DNA of 64,000 bases from Candidatus Hydrogenedentota bacterium (GTDB lineage: Bacteria; Hydrogenedentota; Hydrogenedentia; Hydrogenedentales; JAEUWI01). The stretch lies in NCBI GenBank assembly GCA_034669905.1, contig JAXMOL010000003.1:128001-192000 (forward strand). Reading direction: 5' to 3'. Within the stretch, counting starts at the first letter, position 1. Each line of letters opens with the position of its first letter. This document shows positions 1 to 9,028 of this stretch, one piece after another. The notes beneath the pieces are model-generated. The model worked only from the letters and a program-made list of their open reading frames with translations. It was not told the origin of the DNA and did not search any database. A program made the position numbers and the translations under genes.

Positions 1-185
1 GTGGGGGCCACCGGGGAAGGGTTCGCCGCCCTGCCGGGCGGGGGTTGGGCCTAATATTTGGGAAATAAGGCTATATATGGTATCTTGTAAAGAGTTTACA
101 GCTATATGTGGCATTTCTGCCCTTTCCTCGACGTCGGGGTTTTGGCCAAGGCGTTGGGGTGAAAGAAGTTGGGGAGAATTGCCGT

Positions 186-214
186 TTGACCGTTTTTCGG
201 TGCAATGATACAAT
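186..214 (+). promoter_or_regulatory. sigma70-type promoter of the pilus operon
   Basis: TTGACC (186-191), 17-nt spacer, extended -10 TGnTACAAT (206-214); implies the true start codon lies downstream of the GTG at 218. Confidence 0.6.
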
Positions 215-283
215 CTAGTGTGGTCTTCCTTGGGGAACTGTTTTCCATCGCGGACTGCCGCCCCCCGTACCCGAAACCGGAGT

Positions 284-2848
284 ATGCCCAGCCTGATGCT
301 CGATAGTACCAACAGCAGCGGAATCCGAGATGGCAATGCCACCGATCCGCCCGCGCTCCATTTGGGGGAGTTGTTGGTGGAGGCCAAGCTGATTACCGCC
401 GAGCAACTGGCTACGGCGGAGGCGAAACGGGCGGAGACGGGTGAGTTCCTGACCAAGATCCTGGTGCAGTCAGAGTGCCTGAGTCAGGAAGACCTGAGCG
501 CGTGTTTCGTTAAGCGATGCAAGATTCCCCATATCAGTTTGCTTGATTACGATGTGGGCAGTGACGTGCTGGCCCTGGTCCCCCAGGAAGTCTGCCTGAA
601 GCATGGCCTGATTCCCATCGACAAGCTGGGGCGTATCCTCACGGTGGCCATGGTGGACCCGCTGGATACGGAAGCGCTCGACGTAGTGAAAAATGCCTCG
701 CCCGAGTTGCGCATTAAGCCCATTCTCTGCAATTGGGCGCACTTCGAGCAGGTCACCAAGAAATATTTCGCCGCGCAAAACGCGGGTAAAGGTGGCGGGC
801 AAATGAGTGCCGCGTCACTGGGCCTGGCCGCCCTTGCGCCGAAACCGGTCGCCAAAGCGGAGGAGGCGTCGCCCGCGACACCTGCCCCGGCGCCGACGTC
901 CGCTCCCGCTTCATCTTCTTCGGGCGCACCGGCGGCCTCCCCCCCGAGTCCCGCACCGAGCGCTGCCGCCCCCGTGGATACCGGCCCATTGGTGGCTGCC
1001 ATCCAATCGGGTTTCCAGCATGTGAGCCAGTCTTTTCTGGAGCAAGTGCGGGCCCAATCGGCTCCGGCTCCCATCGAGATGCCGCCCTTTCCGGTGGAAG
1101 CCCTGACCCAGGCCCTTCAGTCTTCCCTGCGGGATGTGGTGGAAACGACGCTCAAGGCCGTACCCGCCCCCGCAGCCGCACCCGAAGTGGCTGCGCCTCA
1201 GGCGGTGAGTGCGCCCGATTTTTCCGGGTTGGAAACGTCATTCCGTGCGGCAATCGGCGATCTGAAAGAAGCCCTGCAATCGTCCATGACGACCCCCGCT
1301 CCCGCTCCCGCACCCGAAGCGGCAGCCCCCCCTGCGGCCGTGGCTCCGGTGGTGAGTGCGCCCGATTTATCGGGGCTGGAAACGTCGTTCCGTGCGGCCA
1401 TCGGCGATCTGAAAGAAGCCCTGCAATCCGCCATGACGACGGCGGCACCGGCGGCGGCATCGACCCCCGGCCCGCCACCGGCTCCCGCGATCTCTCCCGC
1501 CCTGGAAGCGACCCTGCAGCAGCTTTCCGATTCCCTTTCCCGGGAGTCCAACGAGCTATCGGGCGAAGCCATGGCGGAGGTAATTCGAGATAGTGTGGGG
1601 GGTGCCATGCAAGAAGCGTTGGCGGGCGTCATAGTCCAGCTTCGTGCCACGGCCAAGGCCGAAGAACCCTCGCCGCCCCCCTTCGACGCCTTTGCGGAAA
1701 TGATACGGGATACGCTGGGTGGAATCATGCAGGAAACCCTGGCGACCATGCTCATACAATCCAAGGCCAATGCGTCCCAGGAAGGCAATGGCCGTCTGGA
1801 AGAGGTGATCGCGGCCTTGCGTGAATCCCAATCGGGTATCGTGCATTCCATGCAGAGCCTCTTGACGTCCAATCAGCAGTCGCAGGAGGTGCAGAGCGCC
1901 CGGCTGGCTGCCCTGGCGGAAGCGGCCGTGGAATCGTCTCAACAGACCACCCAATTGCTGGAAGCCACCCTGGTGCAGCGGGAGCGCGAAGAAAACTTGC
2001 GTGGGGGCCGTGCGCCCCATGACTCCGTTTCCCCCTTTGGGGCCCCGGTGCCCGGCGCGGTCCCCGATGCGGCCCTGGAAGAAGACGATGCCCGCGTGCG
2101 GGATGCCCTGGAGTCGGAAGTGCCTCTGGAGACCCTGACGTTCAGCACCTTTTTCCCGGGAGACGCCAACGCCTTCACGGCAAAGATTTGCCAGGCGGTG
2201 GCCGCCAAGCCGGGAAGTGAATACAATCCCCTGTTTCTCTATGGGCATGTGGGGTTGGGTAAGACCCACCTTATCAGCGCCGTGGGAAACCATATTAAGC
2301 AGGCCAACCCCCAACAGCGGGTGGGCTATGTTTCTGCCAGCCACTTTGCCCGCCGCCTGAAAGAGGCGGTGGCCGCCGATGCGCAGATGGCTTTTCGTGA
2401 TAATTACTGTCATTGGGATGTGTTGATTCTGGATGACATTCAATTCATGGGCGGCCGGGTGGAAGCACAAGAAGAGTTCTTCCACATCTTTAACGTCTTG
2501 CACCAGCGCGGCCGTCAGATTATCATTGCCGGAGATAAGGCGCCCGATCGTCTGGGTCTGCTGGAGCAGCGCCTGGTGTCCCGATTTGCGAGTGGCATCG
2601 TGGCCGAATTGAAGCCCCCCGAGTGGGAAACGCGGATGAAGATTCTCCGCCAGCAACTCAAGACCAGTGGGGTGACCTTGCCCGAAGAGATTTGTTCTTT
2701 GGTAGCCATGCGCGTTTCCGACGATATTCGTAAGATGGTCGGATCGCTGCGCAAGATTGCCGCCTTTGCGTCCCTTTCCAACGAACCTATCAGTGTGGAG
2801 ATGGCGACAGAGATTCTCAGTCATATCGGTGGAGAAGAAGCGGCATGA
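284..2848 (+). CDS. MshEN (GSPII_N)-domain protein fused to a DnaA-type AAA+ domain, lacking the DnaA DNA-binding domain IV
   Basis: N-term LGELLVEAKLITAEQL...VLALVPQEVCLKHGLIPI...LTVAMVDP (PilB/GspE N-domain); C-term TFSTFFPGDAN, YNPLFLYGHVGLGKTHL, VLILDDIQF, QEEFFHIFN, RLVSRF; start uncertain (218/284/296). Confidence 0.85.
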   Translation: MPSLMLDSTNSSGIRDGNATDPPALHLGELLVEAKLITAEQLATAEAKRAETGEFLTKILVQSECLSQEDLSACFVKRCKIPHISLLDYDVGSDVLALVPQEVCLKHGLIPIDKLGRILTVAMVDPLDTEALDVVKNASPELRIKPILCNWAHFEQVTKKYFAAQNAGKGGGQMSAASLGLAALAPKPVAKAEEASPATPAPAPTSAPASSSSGAPAASPPSPAPSAAAPVDTGPLVAAIQSGFQHVSQSFLEQVRAQSAPAPIEMPPFPVEALTQALQSSLRDVVETTLKAVPAPAAAPEVAAPQAVSAPDFSGLETSFRAAIGDLKEALQSSMTTPAPAPAPEAAAPPAAVAPVVSAPDLSGLETSFRAAIGDLKEALQSAMTTAAPAAASTPGPPPAPAISPALEATLQQLSDSLSRESNELSGEAMAEVIRDSVGGAMQEALAGVIVQLRATAKAEEPSPPPFDAFAEMIRDTLGGIMQETLATMLIQSKANASQEGNGRLEEVIAALRESQSGIVHSMQSLLTSNQQSQEVQSARLAALAEAAVESSQQTTQLLEATLVQREREENLRGGRAPHDSVSPFGAPVPGAVPDAALEEDDARVRDALESEVPLETLTFSTFFPGDANAFTAKICQAVAAKPGSEYNPLFLYGHVGLGKTHLISAVGNHIKQANPQQRVGYVSASHFARRLKEAVAADAQMAFRDNYCHWDVLILDDIQFMGGRVEAQEEFFHIFNVLHQRGRQIIIAGDKAPDRLGLLEQRLVSRFASGIVAELKPPEWETRMKILRQQLKTSGVTLPEEICSLVAMRVSDDIRKMVGSLRKIAAFASLSNEPISVEMATEILSHIGGEEAA
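1204..1440 (+). repeat. intragenic direct repeat, 2 x ~90 bp (1204-1293, 1351-1440)
   Basis: both copies encode VSAPD(F/L)SGLETSFRAAIGDLKEALQS(S/A)MT. Confidence 0.9.
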
Positions 2849-2938
2849 GGCCGATACAAGAAGAGACACGACCCATGCAGCACATCGGTCTACGATTCAG
2901 CGGCGTTTTAAACGCCTTACCAGGAAAGGAGGGCACGA

Positions 2939-4663
2939 ATGGCGACACGCGCAACTAAGAAGCGATTGCCCGACATGTTGCTGGAACAGCAACTCGTGAC
3001 CCAGGAGCAGTTGCAGGAGTGCATCAACCTGCACCGTCAGACCGGCCAGAGCCTGCCGAGCCTCCTGGTGAGTAAGGAGTATCTTTCCGAGGAAGACTTG
3101 GTTATCACCCTGAGCGAGCAGCTGGGGATTCCTCACATTCGCGTGGCCCACTATTCGATCCCGAAAGAGGTGCTTTCCGAGGTGCCCGAGACCCTGGCGC
3201 GTCAGTATCAGATGTTGCCGGTGAGTGTCACCGGGGATGTGTTGACCCTGGCCATGGCCGATCCGCTGAATATCATGGCCCTGGACGATCTGCGGATGCT
3301 GACGAGTTTCGAAATCGAGCCGGTGGTGGCGGTGGCTTCCGAGCTGGCGGGTGCAATTGAAAAGCACTACGGCGGGGGTAAGGCCGAAGACCTCTATGCA
3401 TCGCTCGTCGGTACCGAGGAGAAAGATGGGGATGTTGAAGAGCTCAAGGCGACGGACGATATCGAAGACGTCTCCAAGCTCGAAGTGGGCGCCGAAGATG
3501 AGCCCGTCAAGAAGCTGGCCCGACTGATTCTTTTCAACGCCCTCGAACGGGGTGCGAGTGATATTCACCTGGAGCCCTTCGAGAAACTGATTCGCATCCG
3601 CTATCGTGTGGACGGAACCCTGGAAGAGGCCAAAGCCCCGCCCAAGAGTTTGCAACAGAACATCATCGCCCGTTTCAAGATCCTCTGTGGTTGTCGTATC
3701 GACGAGCACCGGCTCCCCCAGGATGGTCGCTTTCGTATCCGCTATAACGCCCGCGAGATCGACTTTCGTGTGGGTTTTCTTCCATGTAAATACGGTGAGA
3801 AGATCGTACTCCGTGTGCTGGACCAGTCTAATCTGACGCTGGGCCTGGAAACCCTGGGATTCGAGCCCCAACCGGTAGGCGCCATGTTGGAGGCCCTGAA
3901 GCTTCCCCACGGAATGCTGTTGCTGACGGGGCCTACGGGTTCCGGTAAGACGACCACGCTCTATAGTGCCCTGCACAAGCTGAATTCACCAGAAGCCAAC
4001 GTGGTGACGGTAGAAGACCCCATCGAATATGACCTTTTCGGGGTGAACCAGGTGCAGGTACAGTCCACCATCGGCTTTACCTTCGCTTCGGCCCTGCGCC
4101 AGATCCTGCGTCAGGACCCGGATATCGTGATGGTCGGTGAAATTCGAGACGGTGAAACGGCCGACGTTGCGGTTAAGGCCGCGTTGACCGGTCACCTCGT
4201 ATTGAGTACCTTGCACACCAACGACGCGGCCGGTGTATTCCCCCGTCTGACGGATATGGGCATCGAGCCTTTCCTGGTGCAGTCCTCCGTGGCCCTGGCG
4301 GCCGCACAGCGACTCTTTAAGCGGGTTTGTTCGGACTGTAAGGAGCCCATCAACGTACCGGATGAGGTCTTGGATCGCATCCAGTGGCGCGGCTTTGACT
4401 ACCTGGAAGAAATACAGTTCGTGCGTGGGCGGGGATGTAGCCGTTGTAAAGAGACGGGTTACCGCGGCCGTGTCGCCGTGATTGAAGCCCTCCTCAACTG
4501 GCCGGAATTGCAGCCCCTGGTGTTACAACGGGCCTCGGGCTACGATATCAAGAATCAGGCCATCGCCTGTGGCATGCAGACCTTGCGTCAAAATGGCCTG
4601 GCCAAAGCCGCCAAAGGCGTGTCGACCATCGAGCAGGTCTTGGAGCATACGAGTCACGACTAG
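2939..4663 (+). CDS. pilB: type IV pilus assembly ATPase PilB (GspE/PulE family)
   Basis: ASDIHLEP, RLPQDGR, GPTGSGKTTTLY, TVEDPIEY, LRQDPDIVMVGEIRD, CSDC/CSRC Zn motif; RBS AGGAGG. Confidence 0.93.
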   Translation: MATRATKKRLPDMLLEQQLVTQEQLQECINLHRQTGQSLPSLLVSKEYLSEEDLVITLSEQLGIPHIRVAHYSIPKEVLSEVPETLARQYQMLPVSVTGDVLTLAMADPLNIMALDDLRMLTSFEIEPVVAVASELAGAIEKHYGGGKAEDLYASLVGTEEKDGDVEELKATDDIEDVSKLEVGAEDEPVKKLARLILFNALERGASDIHLEPFEKLIRIRYRVDGTLEEAKAPPKSLQQNIIARFKILCGCRIDEHRLPQDGRFRIRYNAREIDFRVGFLPCKYGEKIVLRVLDQSNLTLGLETLGFEPQPVGAMLEALKLPHGMLLLTGPTGSGKTTTLYSALHKLNSPEANVVTVEDPIEYDLFGVNQVQVQSTIGFTFASALRQILRQDPDIVMVGEIRDGETADVAVKAALTGHLVLSTLHTNDAAGVFPRLTDMGIEPFLVQSSVALAAAQRLFKRVCSDCKEPINVPDEVLDRIQWRGFDYLEEIQFVRGRGCSRCKETGYRGRVAVIEALLNWPELQPLVLQRASGYDIKNQAIACGMQTLRQNGLAKAAKGVSTIEQVLEHTSHD

Positions 4664-4802
4664 CGAGTTCAGTAATCCATGCCTTTAAAAAGGCTGCGGA
4701 AGCGTAGTAAAGGGTGGGAGCCGTCGCCGACCGGGGGGTGCGTCGGGCGACGTGAAGCGCGGAAGAACGAGGGGAATTGCGCCTCGTCTAAAAGGAGAAA
4801 TA

Positions 4803-5876
4803 ATGGCCACACCGAGCATTAAAGAGTTGCTGACCAAGGCGATTAAGGCGGGCGCAAGCGACATGCATATTGTCGTGGGGGCGCCGCCCATGATTCGGTT
4901 GCACGGTGGGTTGGAACCCCTGGGGCGCTATGAGCGCTTCACGGCGGAAGAGACCCAGGAAGTCATCTACACGGTGATGAACGAAGATCAGGTGGCGGAA
5001 TTCGAATCAACCCGGGAATGCGATCTGTCGTTCGGTATCGAAGGGCTGAGCCGATTTCGACTGAACGTCTACCGCGACCGCGGTTCGGTGGTGGCGGCGT
5101 TTCGTGCCATCCCCTTTGAGATTCTGTCCTTCGAGCAACTCGGCCTTCCCCGGGTGATTGCAGACTTTGCCTACAAGCCTTTCGGACTGGTGTTGGTATG
5201 CGGCCCGACCGGTAGTGGTAAATCCACGACGCTGGCCTCGGTGATTGACAAGATCAACCGCGAGCGCAATACCCACATCATTACGATTGAAGATCCCATC
5301 GAATATCTCCATCGGCACAACCGCAGCGTGGTGAATCAACGGGAAGTACACGCCGATACGGCGTCTTTTTCGGCGGCGCTGAAGCGGGTGCTGCGTCAGG
5401 ATCCCGACGTGATTCTGATCGGTGAAATGCGGGACACGGAAACGATCCAGGCGGCCCTGACCGTGGCAGAAACCGGCCACCTGGCTTTTGCCACCCTGCA
5501 CACCAATGATGCCCTCCAGACCATGAACCGTATTATCGACGTGTTCCCGGCGGCCCAGCAGGCCCAGGTACGTACCCAGTTGTCCTTCGTGTTGGAGGCC
5601 GTCGTGGTGCAGCAATTGGTGCCCCGGGCCGACGGAATGGGGCGGGCCCTCTGCATGGAAATCATGTTGGCCAACCCCGCTATTCGTTCACTCATTCGTG
5701 CCGAAAAGCTGGAGCAGATCCCTTCCATGATTGAAATCGGCAAGGGCGAAGGCATGTTAACCATGAACCAATCCCTGTTTCGTCTGTCCAAGCGGGGCAT
5801 CATTACGACGGAGATGGCCTTCAAGCGCAGCGCCGATCCGGAAGGGTTGCAGCACCTCATGGAAAAAGGAATGTGA
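4803..5876 (+). CDS. pilT: type IV pilus retraction ATPase PilT
   Basis: GASDMHI, GPTGSGKSTTLAS, TIEDPIEY, AETGHL, TLHTN, AIRSLIRA (AIRNLIRE-like); RBS AAGGAG before ATG 4803. Confidence 0.93.
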   Translation: MATPSIKELLTKAIKAGASDMHIVVGAPPMIRLHGGLEPLGRYERFTAEETQEVIYTVMNEDQVAEFESTRECDLSFGIEGLSRFRLNVYRDRGSVVAAFRAIPFEILSFEQLGLPRVIADFAYKPFGLVLVCGPTGSGKSTTLASVIDKINRERNTHIITIEDPIEYLHRHNRSVVNQREVHADTASFSAALKRVLRQDPDVILIGEMRDTETIQAALTVAETGHLAFATLHTNDALQTMNRIIDVFPAAQQAQVRTQLSFVLEAVVVQQLVPRADGMGRALCMEIMLANPAIRSLIRAEKLEQIPSMIEIGKGEGMLTMNQSLFRLSKRGIITTEMAFKRSADPEGLQHLMEKGM

Positions 5877-7519
5877 TCCGACATCTCGTTCGATACACGT
5901 CGTCTGTTCTTGAGTACCTTCGTCCGTCCTATGATGGCCCGTCTACGTGGCTATGGTTTGTGGGACTGGCGCGTATCGGGATGCTTCTGGTGGTGGCGGT
6001 GGGTGCCCAGTTGGTGGCCGATGAAGAGGAAGCCTTTCGCCATCTTCTAATGGCGATCTATGCCTCGGCGTTTGCCAGTAGTCTGTGGTATCTCATCGTG
6101 CTCCGGCGGGAAAACTCGGTCCCGGCCATTCTTACCTGGACCCAGGTGTTGGTCGATTTCGGGGTCGTGGCGGCCACCATCAGTTACACCGGCGGTCAGG
6201 CCAGCTTCTTCACGTTCCTGCTCGTTATCGTGATACTCGAGGCCGGCGTCCTGATGGGGCTCCTCCAGGGCTTCGTGTTTGCGTCGATGGCCTCCGTGTA
6301 CATGCTCTACCAGGTCTTCATCACCGCACCTTCGGCGCCCGATCAGCTGGCCCATTGGTATCATTATCTGATTCAGGGCCTCGCCTTCTTTTTCACCGCG
6401 TTCATCAGTGGCTACTGGAACCAGCGCGTAAGCCGGATGAAACAGTTCCAGCGCGAGATTCTGGATAACATGAACAGCGGCTTTCTCATTACCGACGCCA
6501 AGGGCCTGGTGGTCGCGATGAACAAGGCCGCCTGTGGGATCCTGAATCTCCGGGAGGAGAACGTGGCCGGCCGTCATGTGGATGGCATTATCGTGCCCGA
6601 GTCGGGGGCGGAGTGTCCGGTGACCACGGCGTTGCGCCTTCGGAAAGATTTCACCAGCTATGAGTTTTACACCCAGATCGGGCCGGAAAGCTCGCGCCTG
6701 CTGGGACTGACCACCAACCGTATCCGGGATGCCCACGGGCACGTGACCGGGCTCATCGCTTCCTTTACCGACCTGACCGAGATGGCCCGCATGCGCAAAG
6801 AGCTGCAGCAACAGGACCGGATGGCCGTCATTGGTGAATTGTCCGCCGGTCTGGCCCATGAAATTCGGAATCCCGTGGCGTCGATACGGGGAAGTATGGA
6901 CGAGCTCCAGCGCAACATTGAGTCGAAAGATCTGGTGGCCCGTCTGGCCGCCATCGCGGTGCGGGAGTCCGATCACCTTAACGAGATTGTGACCGGGTTT
7001 CTGGATTTCGCCCGTGACCCGAGCCGCCGCTATGCCCTTTTTGACGTGCGTGACGTCGCCCGCGAAGTGGAAGAACAATTGCTCCGGAAGTATGGCGCGG
7101 ATGGCGTTTCGATAACCTTACTGTCCCCCAACGAATCCTGTCTGGTTACGGGGGACAAGACCCAGATATGGCAGGTCTTTACCAATCTCGGGCAGAACGC
7201 CATCGAGGCCATGTCGGGCACCGGCGCCCTGGAGATCGTGTTGGACACCAACGAGGGGCGTGGTCCTATCGAAATTTGTTTTAATGACAACGGGCCGGGA
7301 ATTGCACCCGACAAAGTGTCCCGAATATTTGAGCCGTTCTACACGGAAAAGGCCCGGGGGGTCGGAATGGGACTCGCCATTTGCATGCGCATCATAACGG
7401 CCCATGATGGAACCATTCAGGCCGCATCCCGTGCCGGTGGCGGTACCGCAATGAGCGTTCGCCTTCCGCTGGTGCAGCAAGATGCCGCAGAGCAGAGCGC
7501 CGAGAAAACGAAAGGTTAA
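5873..7519 (+). CDS. pilS: membrane sensor histidine kinase, PilS-like
   Basis: about six TM helices, PAS, LAHEIRNP H-box, DNGPGI, FEPFYT, GVGMGL; position upstream of a pilR-like gene. Confidence 0.8.
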   Translation: MIRHLVRYTSSVLEYLRPSYDGPSTWLWFVGLARIGMLLVVAVGAQLVADEEEAFRHLLMAIYASAFASSLWYLIVLRRENSVPAILTWTQVLVDFGVVAATISYTGGQASFFTFLLVIVILEAGVLMGLLQGFVFASMASVYMLYQVFITAPSAPDQLAHWYHYLIQGLAFFFTAFISGYWNQRVSRMKQFQREILDNMNSGFLITDAKGLVVAMNKAACGILNLREENVAGRHVDGIIVPESGAECPVTTALRLRKDFTSYEFYTQIGPESSRLLGLTTNRIRDAHGHVTGLIASFTDLTEMARMRKELQQQDRMAVIGELSAGLAHEIRNPVASIRGSMDELQRNIESKDLVARLAAIAVRESDHLNEIVTGFLDFARDPSRRYALFDVRDVAREVEEQLLRKYGADGVSITLLSPNESCLVTGDKTQIWQVFTNLGQNAIEAMSGTGALEIVLDTNEGRGPIEICFNDNGPGIAPDKVSRIFEPFYTEKARGVGMGLAICMRIITAHDGTIQAASRAGGGTAMSVRLPLVQQDAAEQSAEKTKG

Positions 7520-7524
7520 GTACC

Positions 7525-8922
7525 GTGTCAGTTAATCACCGAGTGCTGGTTGTAGACGATGAGCTCAGCATGCGTGAATTGTTGGAAATTGTGCTCCAGA
7601 ATGACGGCTACGAAGTGGATACGGCCGAAGATGTGGAGAGCGCACAGGAGAAGCTCGAAAACAACCACTACGACGCCGTGCTGACGGACCTCTATATGGG
7701 GCAGGATCGGGATGCGGGGATGCGGCTGCTCAGTTGGCTGGAAGAGAACAGCCCGGGCACGCCTTCAATCATGATGACGGCCCATGGCTCGGTGGAGACC
7801 GCGATCGAGGCCATGAAACGAGGCGCCGCCGACTACGTCATGAAGCCCTTCAAGAATGACGAAATCCGGATTCTGATTGAGCGGGCCATCGCGCAGCGAA
7901 ACCTGCTGCGGGAAAACATCGCCCTTCGCCAGGAGCAGGCCCGCCAGGGCAATATCGACAACATGATCGGTAAAAGCCCGGCATTCCAAAAGGCCATGAA
8001 AATGATCCGGCGCGTCGCGGCGCTCCCAAGCACCGTCGCCGTCCACGGTGAAAGTGGCGCGGGTAAGGAGTTGGTCGCCCGGGCACTCCACACCCTGAGC
8101 AACCGTGCCGACAAACCTTTCGTGGCCATTAACTGTGGTGGTATCCCCGAGAACCTCCTGGAGAGCGAGCTCTTTGGTCACAAGAAGGGCAGTTTTACCG
8201 GGGCCACCGATGACAAGGAAGGCCTTTTCGTGGTCGCCAATGGCGGCACGATTTTCCTCGATGAAATCGGTGAAATGCCCCTCATGCTCCAGGTGAAGTT
8301 GCTCCGGGTCCTCGACAACAATATCGTGACGCCCGTAGGCAGCACAACCGATATCAAGGTAGACGTCCGCCTGGTTTCGGCCACCAACCGGGATTTGGAG
8401 AAGATGGCGGAGGAGGGCACGTTTCGAAGCGATTTGTACTACCGGCTTAACGTGATTCCCATTCAGGTGCCGCCCCTGCGCCAGCGCCGCGATGACATTC
8501 CGCTGCTTTGTCGACATTTCGTGGCACAACATGCGAAGAACATGGGCTGTGAACAGCTGGAAATCAGTGCCGAGGCCCAGGCCGCCTTGAACAACTACCA
8601 TTGGCCCGGCAACGTCCGGGAATTGGGCAACGTGATGGAGCGGGCACTGGCGCTGTGTGCCGATGATGAGATTGGACTGGATGATCTGCCGGAAAACCTG
8701 CGGAACTATGAGCCGGACCGGAGCGTGGCCACGTCGAAAGCCGCGGTCCTTCCCGATGAAGGCATGGACATGGAACAGCTCATTGCCGATCTGGAAATCG
8801 ACCTCATCAAGCAGGCCCTGGAAAAGGGACGCTATTCCCAGAAACGGGCAGCGAGCCTGCTGGGCCTCACCGCACGCTCGTTGCGGTATCGGTTGCAGAA
8901 ATACGATCTGGAAGGTCAATAG
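7525..8922 (+). CDS. pilR: sigma54-dependent response regulator, PilR/NtrC family
   Basis: receiver domain, GESGAGKE, ESELFGHKKGSFTGA, WPGNVREL, C-terminal HTH ending RSLRYRLQK. Confidence 0.85.
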   Translation: MSVNHRVLVVDDELSMRELLEIVLQNDGYEVDTAEDVESAQEKLENNHYDAVLTDLYMGQDRDAGMRLLSWLEENSPGTPSIMMTAHGSVETAIEAMKRGAADYVMKPFKNDEIRILIERAIAQRNLLRENIALRQEQARQGNIDNMIGKSPAFQKAMKMIRRVAALPSTVAVHGESGAGKELVARALHTLSNRADKPFVAINCGGIPENLLESELFGHKKGSFTGATDDKEGLFVVANGGTIFLDEIGEMPLMLQVKLLRVLDNNIVTPVGSTTDIKVDVRLVSATNRDLEKMAEEGTFRSDLYYRLNVIPIQVPPLRQRRDDIPLLCRHFVAQHAKNMGCEQLEISAEAQAALNNYHWPGNVRELGNVMERALALCADDEIGLDDLPENLRNYEPDRSVATSKAAVLPDEGMDMEQLIADLEIDLIKQALEKGRYSQKRAASLLGLTARSLRYRLQKYDLEGQ

Positions 8923-9028
8923 GCCCCTGCGGGTGTGACGGGGGCGGGCTGTCGGGTGTGGTCGTCGCTATGGTACCCTATGGGGCTGTAGTTTCCTGTG
9001 CCGTTGTACCCATTTAAGCGAGTAGATC

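Noticed and set aside
284..2848. The chromosomal dnaA gene and oriC
   Set aside because: No domain I or IV, no dnaN nearby, and no DnaA-box cluster in the flanking DNA
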